Shown here piece after piece: positions 27,334-35,522 of a stretch of DNA of 64,000 nucleotides (position 1 is the stretch's first letter; every line of letters starts with the position of its first letter). The notes beneath the pieces are model-generated. The model was not told the DNA's origin and searched no databases. It saw only the letters and a list, made by a program, of their open reading frames with translations. Source of the DNA: Oceanispirochaeta sp. Its GTDB lineage: Bacteria > Spirochaetota > Spirochaetia > DSM-2461. The position numbers and the translations under genes were made by a program. Location: positions 288,001-352,000 of the forward strand of contig CAXXOA010000001.1 in assembly GCA_963666275.2 (NCBI GenBank), in the 5' to 3' direction.

Positions 27334-28209
27334 TCAGGATTCAGCGAGTGCCAGAAGGTCTTCCACCAGATTGCCCGGATTCTCCTCCAGATAGACAATG
27401 GCGATCTCCCGGATGAGAGGGCCCCATTCAAAGGGAATCTCTGTCAGGGTTTTCTCAGCCAGCTCTCTTTCCACGGCTTTCCGGGAGATCACAGTCACTC
27501 CCGCTCCTCTGACGCAGAGTGTTCTGATGGCATTCAGGCTGCCGATCTCCAGGGATACCGCATCGGGAGACAGCCTCTCTCCATGCTGTTCAAGATAGGT
27601 TTCAAAGTATTCCCGCGTTCCTGATCCTGATTCCCGGATTATAAAGGGACATTCCCGTATTTCCATGGCGCCTATGTTTTTGTATTTTCCCCAGGGGGTT
27701 GCCGGGGCTGTTACAAAGATCATCTCATCCCTGCAGAGGATCCTGTGGGAGAACTCTCCTTTTCTGAAAAAACCTTCTATAACAGCAAGATCCAGATTTT
27801 CTTTTTTCAGTTCCTCCAGGATCCGTTCGGTATTCCCGATTTGAACCGTCAGCTTTCTCAGGGGATCCCGGTTCTGCAGGCTCTGCAGATAGGAGGGGAG
27901 GATATACTCTCCTACGGTGAGGGTGGCTCCTATGGTATAGGAGCGGCGTCCGCCCCGGAAGGAAGCCAGTTCCCGTCTTATCCGGCTCATCCGGTTTTCC
28001 TGCTTCTGGACTTCCTGCAAAAGGAATCTGCCCGCCTCGGTCAGTCTGAGATACTTTCCCTTTTTAGAAAAAAGCGGGACGCCGTACTCTCTCTCCAGAG
28101 CTTTGATCTGCTGGGATACGGCGGGCTGGGTCAGTCCGAGGATCTCTCCGGTTTTTGTGATATTCTCCGTTTCTCCCGCCAGGAGGAATGTTTTTAAACG
28201 AAAATCCAT
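27334..28209 (-). CDS. LysR-family regulator (CysL/YeiE-like)
   Basis: LTQPAVSQQIK.LE, GATLTVGEY.LP, RE.GSGTR. Confidence 0.92.
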   Translation of the reverse strand: MDFRLKTFLLAGETENITKTGEILGLTQPAVSQQIKALEREYGVPLFSKKGKYLRLTEAGRFLLQEVQKQENRMSRIRRELASFRGGRRSYTIGATLTVGEYILPSYLQSLQNRDPLRKLTVQIGNTERILEELKKENLDLAVIEGFFRKGEFSHRILCRDEMIFVTAPATPWGKYKNIGAMEIRECPFIIRESGSGTREYFETYLEQHGERLSPDAVSLEIGSLNAIRTLCVRGAGVTVISRKAVERELAEKTLTEIPFEWGPLIREIAIVYLEENPGNLVEDLLALAES

Positions 28210-28222
28210 TCGACCATTATAT

Positions 28223-28237
28223 ATAAAATATTATTAT
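28223..28237. promoter_or_regulatory. LysR-type box between lysR and yeiH
   Basis: ATAA-N7-TTAT in the AT-rich divergent spacer. Confidence 0.5.
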
Positions 28238-28320
28238 AGATAAATAAAAATATATAATTTTTCATTATCATAAGATCCTGATAGTATCCGGGTATCATCA
28301 AAACTTCCCGGAGGTTTCCT

Positions 28321-29319
28321 TTGTTACGTTATATACCCGGCCTGAGTGCCTGCTTTTTTCTGGCTCTGATTTCCCTGGGGCTCAATCACCTCTGGGCTCC
28401 GGCGGGAGCTGCCGTGATCGCCATGTTTCTCGGTATGGTTTTCCGTTACTTCCGGAAGGTTCCGGAAAGCTGGGGTCCCGGTATGGCATTCACATCCAGG
28501 AAACTCCTGAAAACGGCGATTATCTTTCTGGGAGGAAGCATCAACCTGGCAGGGCTCCTTGCGGCGGGGCGGCCCTCCCTCTTTATCATGATTTTTACGC
28601 TGACCGCGGGATTCCTCTCGGCCTGGGTCTTCGGAAAGTATCTGCTGGGAATCCACTTCACCCAGAGGAACCTGATTGCCGTGGGAACGGGGATCTGCGG
28701 TGGAAGCGCCATAGCCGCCCTCTCTCCGGTACTGGAGGCGGATGAACAGGATATTGCCTTTGCCATATCGGCCACCTTCCTTTTTGATGTGCTGGCTGTC
28801 CTTGTCTTTCCCCTGGCCGGGCGGTTTCTGGGGCTCAGCGACTCAGGCTACGGCCTGTGGGCGGGTACATCTGTGAATGATACCAGCTCGGTGGTGGCCG
28901 CCGGGTATGCGTTCAGTGAAAAAGCCGGAGATTTTGCGGCGGTGGTGAAGATGGCCAGGACCACCATGCTCCTGCCTCTGGGGCTTGTACTCAACGGCGT
29001 GATGTTTATCCGAAAGCGGAAGCAGGGGAGAGAAAGTACCGGACAAATCCGGATCTCCCGGCTGATCCCCTGGTTTGTTCTGATTTTTGCCGCTGTTGCT
29101 CTCCTGAACACGTTTATGGGATTTCCCCCGGAAATGAGTCATCTTCTCAAAAGAATCAGTGCCTTTATCATCGCCATGGCTCTGGGAGCCATCGGGTTGA
29201 ATACAGACCTGAGAACTCTGCTGAAAAGCGGTTCCCGCCCCCTTCTCCTGGGAGGAATTGTTTCTCTTGTGGTTGTCTTTGTCAGCCTGGCTGTACAGTT
29301 CCGGGAGGGCCTGGTTTAA
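28321..29319 (+). CDS. yeiH: YeiH-family putative sulfate/sulfite exporter
   Basis: GTGICGGSAIAA, G.WAGTSVNDTSSVVAA, K..R; about 10 TM; divergent from LysR. Confidence 0.88.
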   Translation: MLRYIPGLSACFFLALISLGLNHLWAPAGAAVIAMFLGMVFRYFRKVPESWGPGMAFTSRKLLKTAIIFLGGSINLAGLLAAGRPSLFIMIFTLTAGFLSAWVFGKYLLGIHFTQRNLIAVGTGICGGSAIAALSPVLEADEQDIAFAISATFLFDVLAVLVFPLAGRFLGLSDSGYGLWAGTSVNDTSSVVAAGYAFSEKAGDFAAVVKMARTTMLLPLGLVLNGVMFIRKRKQGRESTGQIRISRLIPWFVLIFAAVALLNTFMGFPPEMSHLLKRISAFIIAMALGAIGLNTDLRTLLKSGSRPLLLGGIVSLVVVFVSLAVQFREGLV

Positions 29320-29411
29320 CCCCGGCAGATGTCTGACCATCTTCGGGAATCTCTGTTTTATCCCCTCCGGTCATGTTATAATACAGGTAAGATAATGCAT
29401 GGAGGGGATGA

Positions 29412-30794
29412 ATGAGCTCAATTCTGATCAGAAACTGCGAAGCCCTGTTTCAGTCGGCGGACAAACCGGTCTTAAGGCAGTGTGACATTTTTATAGAGGA
29501 CAACAGGATCAGCCGGATCGGCAGGAACCTGCAGGTCACGGCGGAACGGGTGATCCCCGGAGAAAAAAAGGTTGTTCTGCCCGGGCTCATCAACACTCAT
29601 CATCACTTCTATCAGACCTTTACCCGGAATCTTCCGGCTGTTCAGAACGCAGAGCTTTTTGAGTGGCTTGTCTATCTGTACGATGTGTGGAAGCATTTTG
29701 ACATAGACAGCGTGTATCACTCCTCCCTCCTTGCCATGGGGGAGCTCCTTAAAACAGGATGCACCACCTCCACAGACCATCACTACCTTTATCCAAGGGA
29801 TATCGACGGAGATATCATGGCGTCCCAGTTTGCCGCCGCGGAAACCCTGGGTATGCGGTTTTCGCCTACCAGAGGTTCCATGTCTCTCAGCAAAAAAGAC
29901 GGTGGTCTTCCTCCGGATTCGGTGGTTCAGACCGAAGAGGAGATCATGAAAGACTCTCTGAGAGTTATAAAAACCTATCATGACAACTCTGAGTTCTCCA
30001 TGAAGAAAGTGGTTCTGGCGCCCTGCAGCCCCTTCTCCGTCACCGAGCAGCTCATGAAGGATTCCGCGGCTCTGGCCCGGGAGTACGGTGTCCGCCTGCA
30101 TACCCATCTGGCCGAGACCAGGGATGAAACAGCCTTCTGCCAGGAGATGTACGGCAGACGTCCGCTGAAACTGATGGAGGACTGCGATTTTCTGGGTGAA
30201 GACGTTTTCTTTGCCCATGGTATCCACTTCAACGATGAGGAACTGGATCAGCTGGCTGCCACGGGAACCCATATAGCCCACTGTCCCACATCCAATATGC
30301 GTCTGGGATCGGGAATCTGCCGGGTGACGGAAATGCTCCCTAAAGGGATCAATGTGGCTCTGGGAGTGGACGGATCGGCTTCCAACGATGCCTCGGATAT
30401 GCTGGGCGAAGTCAGAAATGCCCTGATGCTGCAGAGGGTTCATTACGGTGCCGCCGCCGTTACCGCATCAGATGTTCTGAAAGTGGCTACTGAAAACGGA
30501 GCCAGGCTGCTGGGATTTCCCAAAGTGGGAAAACTGGAGATCGGTATGGCTGCGGATCTGGCAATATTCAATGTGGATAAGCTGGAATATGCCGGAGCTC
30601 TGAGCGATCCGGTAGCGGCACTTATCTTTTCAGGTTACAATCATGAAACGGAATATACCATTGTGAACGGCCGGGTCGTTGTGGAAAAGGGAAAACTGAC
30701 CGGCATGGACGAAGAGAAACTGAAAGATTCCTGTATGAATCTTTCAGCCTCTCTCTGGAAAAAAGGGGGAGTGACAACTGGAGAGCCGTCCTAG
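29412..30794 (+). CDS. Amidohydrolase, 8-oxoguanine/purine deaminase-like
   Basis: PGLINTHHH.YQ, GCTT..DHHY, GGLPPD, APCSPFSV, HTHLAE, HCP.SNMRL.SG, GVDGSASND. Confidence 0.88.
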   Translation: MSSILIRNCEALFQSADKPVLRQCDIFIEDNRISRIGRNLQVTAERVIPGEKKVVLPGLINTHHHFYQTFTRNLPAVQNAELFEWLVYLYDVWKHFDIDSVYHSSLLAMGELLKTGCTTSTDHHYLYPRDIDGDIMASQFAAAETLGMRFSPTRGSMSLSKKDGGLPPDSVVQTEEEIMKDSLRVIKTYHDNSEFSMKKVVLAPCSPFSVTEQLMKDSAALAREYGVRLHTHLAETRDETAFCQEMYGRRPLKLMEDCDFLGEDVFFAHGIHFNDEELDQLAATGTHIAHCPTSNMRLGSGICRVTEMLPKGINVALGVDGSASNDASDMLGEVRNALMLQRVHYGAAAVTASDVLKVATENGARLLGFPKVGKLEIGMAADLAIFNVDKLEYAGALSDPVAALIFSGYNHETEYTIVNGRVVVEKGKLTGMDEEKLKDSCMNLSASLWKKGGVTTGEPS

Positions 30795-30873
30795 GGAGAC
30801 TCTCTATGCCGTCACTGCTTTCATCCGCTTTTTGAATATAAAAACGGAGCTAAAAATCGAGGAGGATTGCGCT

Positions 30874-31668
30874 GTGAGCAGCCACTTTCTAAAACCCAAA
30901 ACTATTGAAGAAGCCCTGGAGCTGAAAAAACAGTATCCCGGCAGTCTGTTTCTGGGAGGAGGCACCGAGATAAACAATCCGGGTTCCTCTTCGCATGCAG
31001 ATACTCTTATATCCCTGGAGGCTCTCAATCTGAAAGCCTGTGTCAGAGGGCAGCATCACTTTATCATCGGCGCTTCCGCCACATTTCAGGAACTCATTGA
31101 GTGGGATGAGTGCCTGCCCGCCCTCAGGGATGCGGCAGGATTCCTTTTCTCCAGGAATGTCAGGAATATGGCGACTGTGGGGGGCAATATCGGTGTGCAT
31201 CTGAAAGAGTCCTATCTGGTTCCCATCCTGATGGCTCTGGATGCGGATCTCGAGCTGGGGGATGATCAGGTCATCTCTCTGGAGCAGTATGTGGAGGAAA
31301 ACAGGTCCGATCTGATACTGAATATCCGTTTTGCTCACTCTCCTGCCAGATGTGCCGTGAAAAATATGACGCGATCCTCCGGCGGGGAGATGATTGTCTC
31401 TGCTGCGGTCTGTGTTGAATCAGAAGGGGACCGTATTACAAAAGCCGCCATCTCCGTGGGAGGTCTGTTCGATAAAGTGAAGAGGCTTCATGACGTGGAG
31501 GATGCCCTCGTCCGGGGTGATCTTAAAACCGGCGAAGAGATACAGGATGCGGTTAACAGCACTGTTGAGGCAGAAGATAACTATCTGGGCAGCGCTGCCT
31601 ATAAAAAATATGTCTGCGGGATTATTGCAGCTGACTGTGTCGCCCGCTGTATGAGGGGGGATGTATGA
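30874..31668 (+). CDS. ygfM: FAD-binding subunit of a xanthine-dehydrogenase-family enzyme (YgfM-like)
   Basis: P.T.EEA, GGGT, RNMAT.GGN; GTG start after GGAGG. Confidence 0.8.
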   Translation: MSSHFLKPKTIEEALELKKQYPGSLFLGGGTEINNPGSSSHADTLISLEALNLKACVRGQHHFIIGASATFQELIEWDECLPALRDAAGFLFSRNVRNMATVGGNIGVHLKESYLVPILMALDADLELGDDQVISLEQYVEENRSDLILNIRFAHSPARCAVKNMTRSSGGEMIVSAAVCVESEGDRITKAAISVGGLFDKVKRLHDVEDALVRGDLKTGEEIQDAVNSTVEAEDNYLGSAAYKKYVCGIIAADCVARCMRGDV

Positions 31669-34547
31669 GTCAGACCATAAGTATGGAGTGGAGCCTCAAC
31701 GGAAAGCATCTTTTTTCAGAAGTGGATCCTTTTATCAATGCTCAGGTTTTTCTGAAAAGCATGGGAATGCTTTCTGTCCGGGACAGCGATGATCATGCGG
31801 GTTTTACCGGCAGTGATACCATCCTGCTGGATGGAAAGCCCGTGAATGCGGGGCTTCTGATCACAGGCCAGCTGGACGGTCATGAAGTGACTACGGGAGA
31901 AGCCCTTTCATTGGGGAATTCCATGGACCCCGTTCAGGCGGCCCTTGTGGACGCAGGAGTGGTTCAGTCGGGGTATAACTCCCCCGCGGCGGCTCTTATC
32001 ATGACAGACCTTCTCTACCGCTGCAGCGAACCGACGGAAGAGGAGATCCGGGATGCCTTTTCGGGACTCTTTATCCGGGACGCCGGGTATATTCCTCTGT
32101 TTAAAGCTGTGGAACTGGCGATCAGCTACAGGGACAGAGTGTCCGAGCATCTGGCTATTGCACCGGAGTTCCGCTCCGACCTGAGAGACGTGGGAAAGGC
32201 CCGGAGAAAGGTGGACGGTCTGCAGCTTGTTATGGGCCGGAAAGCCTATGTGGATGACCGGATTGATGCGGCTCCCATGCATATGAAAATCCTGCGCAGC
32301 CGCTTTGCCCATGCCTACATAAAAACAATTGATACCTCCATGGCAGAGAGTCTGCCGGGAGTTTTAATGGTTATTACCCATGAAAACTGCCCGGATGTGT
32401 ATTACGGATCTGCCGGGCAGGGATTTCCCGAGCCGTCTCCCTATGACAAAAAGATGTTTAACAGGAAGATCCGGCATGCCGGAGACAGGGTGGCGGCAGT
32501 AGTCGCCGAGTCGGAGCAGACCGCACTGGATGCTCTGGGGCTGATCCATGTGGAATACGAACCTCTTCCTGTGGTGCTGACTGTGGATGAAGCGAAAGCC
32601 GAAGGGGCGCCGATTATTCAGAACGGGATTCTCGAATACGAAGGCGGGGCTCCGGATGATCTGGAGGAACAGAACAGAACCGCAGATCCCAGGGACGGTA
32701 AAATTATCTATCAGTTCCCCATCGGTGCCAATCCAAGGAAGAATATCGCCGCCAGTGTTTCCGGCGGGATCGGAGATGTGGAAAAAGGATTTGCCGAAGC
32801 CGATGTCGTTCTGGAACGGGAATATGAAACCTCCCAGATTCAGTGTACTCCTCTGGAAACCCACAGAGTCTATACAAAAATGGAGGGGGACCGTCTTGTC
32901 ATTCATGCCTCCACTCAGGTTCCCTGGCATCTGAGGCGTATTGTGGCCCGGGTTCTGGGTATCAAAGAGAATAAAATCCATGTCATAAAGGAACGGGTCG
33001 GAGGGGGCTATGGTTCCAAGCAGGATATCCTTCTGGAGGAACTTGCGGCCTATGTAACATGGACAACAGGGAAGCCCTGCTACTACCAGTATACCCGAGA
33101 GGAGGAGTTTACCTCCTGCTCCACACGGTTTCCCATGAAGGTGGGAGTGAAGGTAGGGGCAAAGAAAGACGGCTCCCTCACAGCCGTGCAGATGACTGTC
33201 AACGCCAACTCGGGGCCCTTCGGCAATCACTGCCTGACCGTGCCCATGAATGCCTGTTCCAAATCGCTTCCTCTTTTTCTCTGCGATAACTTCCATTTTG
33301 ATGTGACAACCTACTATACCAATATTGCTCCCACCGGAGCCTATCAGGGCTACGGGGCTCCCAAAGGCTCCTATGCCATGCAGATGGCCATGGCCGAGCT
33401 GGCAGAGGAACTGAATATGGATCCCCTTGCCCTGCTGGAGAAGAACCGTGTACGGGAAGGGTCCATGCTTGAGATCCTCAAGTGTCTGGGAGAAGGCCGG
33501 GAAGGTGCTGCCGCCCGGGTTATGAGCTGCGGACTGGATGAAGCGCTCACTCAGGGTGCTGAAATGATCGAATGGGGCCGGAAAGAGCAGTCGGGCAATC
33601 CTGATATTAAAATAGGCAAGGGCGTTGTCATTATTCAGCAGGGGTCGGGTCTTCCCGGCCTGGATCACTCCAATGCGGATGTGAAACTCATGACAGACGG
33701 AACTCTTATCGTCCACACAGGTGGAACCGACCTGGGGACCGGACTGGATACGCTCTGTGTCAAAGTCGCTGCGGAAGTTCTCTGTACACCCATGGAGGAT
33801 ATCGCCATTGTCGCTGCCGACACGGACAATACATCCTTTGATACGGGAGCCTATGCCTCCAGCGGTACCTACTTTTCGGGGAATGCGGTCTATAAAGCCG
33901 CTGTCGCCCTGAAGGAGAAAATCCTGCAGGCCGCATCGGAAATGCTTCAGGAGCCTGTTGAGGACCTCATTGTGGACTTTCCCTCTTTTGTCAAAGGCAA
34001 AGCCGGTCAGGTCACCTTCGAAGAAATTTCAAGGGACTCTCTCACGGGAGAAGGGAGGGGGCAGCTCATCGGATTCGCCTCCTATACCACCGAAGATTCG
34101 GCTTTTCCCTATGGTGCCCATTACGCTCAGGTGGCTGTTAATACAAGAACGGGAGAAATCCGGGTGCAGAAGTACTATGCTCTGCAGGACTGCGGAACAC
34201 CCATCAACCCCGAACTGGCTCTGGGGCAGATTTACGGGGGCGTGATGAAGTCTATCGGACATACTCTCTATGAGGAAATGGTCTACGATGAAAGGGGACG
34301 CTGTGTGAATCCGAATCTGAGATCCTACGGTGTTCCCATGATGAATGATCTGCCCGATGATCTGGAGGCCAGACTTATCTTCACAGAAGATCCTTTCGGA
34401 CCCTTCGGAGGAAAGTCCATATCGGAAATCAGTGTCAACGGAGCCGCACCGGTTATAGCCAATGCGGTACATGATGCGGTTGGTGTCTGGATACGGGACT
34501 GGCCCATCACTCCCGAGAAGATTCTGAAGAGACTGGGTAAGATCTGA
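31665..34547 (+). CDS. xdhD: Molybdopterin-binding subunit XdhD/YgfN (N-terminal degenerate 2Fe-2S domain fused)
   Basis: SVR.SDD..GF.GSD, GVVQSGYN, GQGFPEPSP, GGGYGSKQ, GAYQGYG, GAYASSGT; 960 aa. Confidence 0.88.
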   Translation: MSQTISMEWSLNGKHLFSEVDPFINAQVFLKSMGMLSVRDSDDHAGFTGSDTILLDGKPVNAGLLITGQLDGHEVTTGEALSLGNSMDPVQAALVDAGVVQSGYNSPAAALIMTDLLYRCSEPTEEEIRDAFSGLFIRDAGYIPLFKAVELAISYRDRVSEHLAIAPEFRSDLRDVGKARRKVDGLQLVMGRKAYVDDRIDAAPMHMKILRSRFAHAYIKTIDTSMAESLPGVLMVITHENCPDVYYGSAGQGFPEPSPYDKKMFNRKIRHAGDRVAAVVAESEQTALDALGLIHVEYEPLPVVLTVDEAKAEGAPIIQNGILEYEGGAPDDLEEQNRTADPRDGKIIYQFPIGANPRKNIAASVSGGIGDVEKGFAEADVVLEREYETSQIQCTPLETHRVYTKMEGDRLVIHASTQVPWHLRRIVARVLGIKENKIHVIKERVGGGYGSKQDILLEELAAYVTWTTGKPCYYQYTREEEFTSCSTRFPMKVGVKVGAKKDGSLTAVQMTVNANSGPFGNHCLTVPMNACSKSLPLFLCDNFHFDVTTYYTNIAPTGAYQGYGAPKGSYAMQMAMAELAEELNMDPLALLEKNRVREGSMLEILKCLGEGREGAAARVMSCGLDEALTQGAEMIEWGRKEQSGNPDIKIGKGVVIIQQGSGLPGLDHSNADVKLMTDGTLIVHTGGTDLGTGLDTLCVKVAAEVLCTPMEDIAIVAADTDNTSFDTGAYASSGTYFSGNAVYKAAVALKEKILQAASEMLQEPVEDLIVDFPSFVKGKAGQVTFEEISRDSLTGEGRGQLIGFASYTTEDSAFPYGAHYAQVAVNTRTGEIRVQKYYALQDCGTPINPELALGQIYGGVMKSIGHTLYEEMVYDERGRCVNPNLRSYGVPMMNDLPDDLEARLIFTEDPFGPFGGKSISEISVNGAAPVIANAVHDAVGVWIRDWPITPEKILKRLGKI

Positions 34548-34554
34548 TAAGTCT

Positions 34555-34615
34555 GTAGGGCTGAAAGGGCAGTAAAGGGCAATTCATGAATTGCCCATGT
34601 AGCCCTTACAGCCCT
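34555..34615. repeat. REP-like palindromic element / bidirectional terminator
   Basis: GTAG at 34555; perfect palindrome GGGCAATTCATGAATTGCCC (34577-34596) nested in AGGGCTG..CAGCCCT arms. Confidence 0.7.
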
Positions 34616-34663
34616 GACCTCACTCTAACATTTCTTTAGCCAACCAAATGTCAGATTACAGAA

Positions 34664-35407
34664 TCAGCGGGTTCTTGTTCCTGACCAGGTTCCAGATTCT
34701 CCGTAAACATTCCATGCTCCGGTGATAGAATAACCGGAGATCGTACCTGTTCCTGAGTATGAACTTTCAATGACAAGGTTTACTGAGGAAGAGGAGATTG
34801 ACCCGTAAAAACTACCGGTTCCAGGTGTTCCGGAATACACTCCTTCAATGTCGGTCTCCTCGATAATGAAATTCCATACTCCCGATTCGTCTCCTGCAAA
34901 GGTTCCTTCCCAGGCTTCCAGAAGTGCATCCGATTCTTCTTTGTCCGCTACAGCGACAATGGGAGTCCCATCCGCCAGCACTGTTACATCATTGACAGTA
35001 CCCGTAGAACTAATATCCAAGTCGAACTCAAAAACAATCCCAATGATGGTAATGGTTATATCCACCAGAAAGCTGCCGTCCGCTTGTTCTGTTGCCGTAC
35101 CGGTTGATGTCAGGGTTGTTCCCTCAACCTCCAGATACAGAGTCGCATTATACACATCTCCGTCCGCTCTGCCCTGGGCGACATTATCAATGTCGATCAT
35201 GAAGGTCCCTGAGGTATCCTCATCAGCAATAACACCTTTGTAAATACCTGTTGCTTTTCCGTCATCAGCCGCCTCTGCATCCGGAGTTGTTGTTAAAGTG
35301 GTTTCGGTATCACTGCTATCTTCGTCATCACTGCCGGAATCAGAATTCAAGTCGCAGGCAAAAAATAAGAGCAGAGGTAGAAGAAGGATAAATAGTACTT
35401 TTTTCAT
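34664..35407 (-). CDS. Acidic lipoprotein of unknown function
   Basis: MKK-hydrophobic-FFA-C lipobox; D/S/T-rich linker; repeated G-x-W/Y-x-G beta motifs. Confidence 0.75.
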   Translation of the reverse strand: MKKVLFILLLPLLLFFACDLNSDSGSDDEDSSDTETTLTTTPDAEAADDGKATGIYKGVIADEDTSGTFMIDIDNVAQGRADGDVYNATLYLEVEGTTLTSTGTATEQADGSFLVDITITIIGIVFEFDLDISSTGTVNDVTVLADGTPIVAVADKEESDALLEAWEGTFAGDESGVWNFIIEETDIEGVYSGTPGTGSFYGSISSSSVNLVIESSYSGTGTISGYSITGAWNVYGESGTWSGTRTR

Positions 35408-35472
35408 AATAATAAAACTCTCCTGTTCAATAGTAACTTTTTAATATTATACGTCTGTTTTATTTTTTAAAC

Positions 35473-35500
35473 AAAAAAAAGGGAGGAAAAAATCCTCCCT
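35473..35500 (-). terminator. Intrinsic terminator of the CoADR fusion gene
   Basis: AGGGAGGA-N5-TCCTCCCT with an A8 tract. Confidence 0.75.
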
Positions 35501-35522
35501 CATTTCCAGAGCTATATATTTC

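Noticed and set aside
31665..32130. Loss of 2Fe-2S cysteines in the XdhD N-terminal domain
   Set aside because: As I recall, E. coli XdhD has the same Cys-less pattern, so this is a family trait rather than decay
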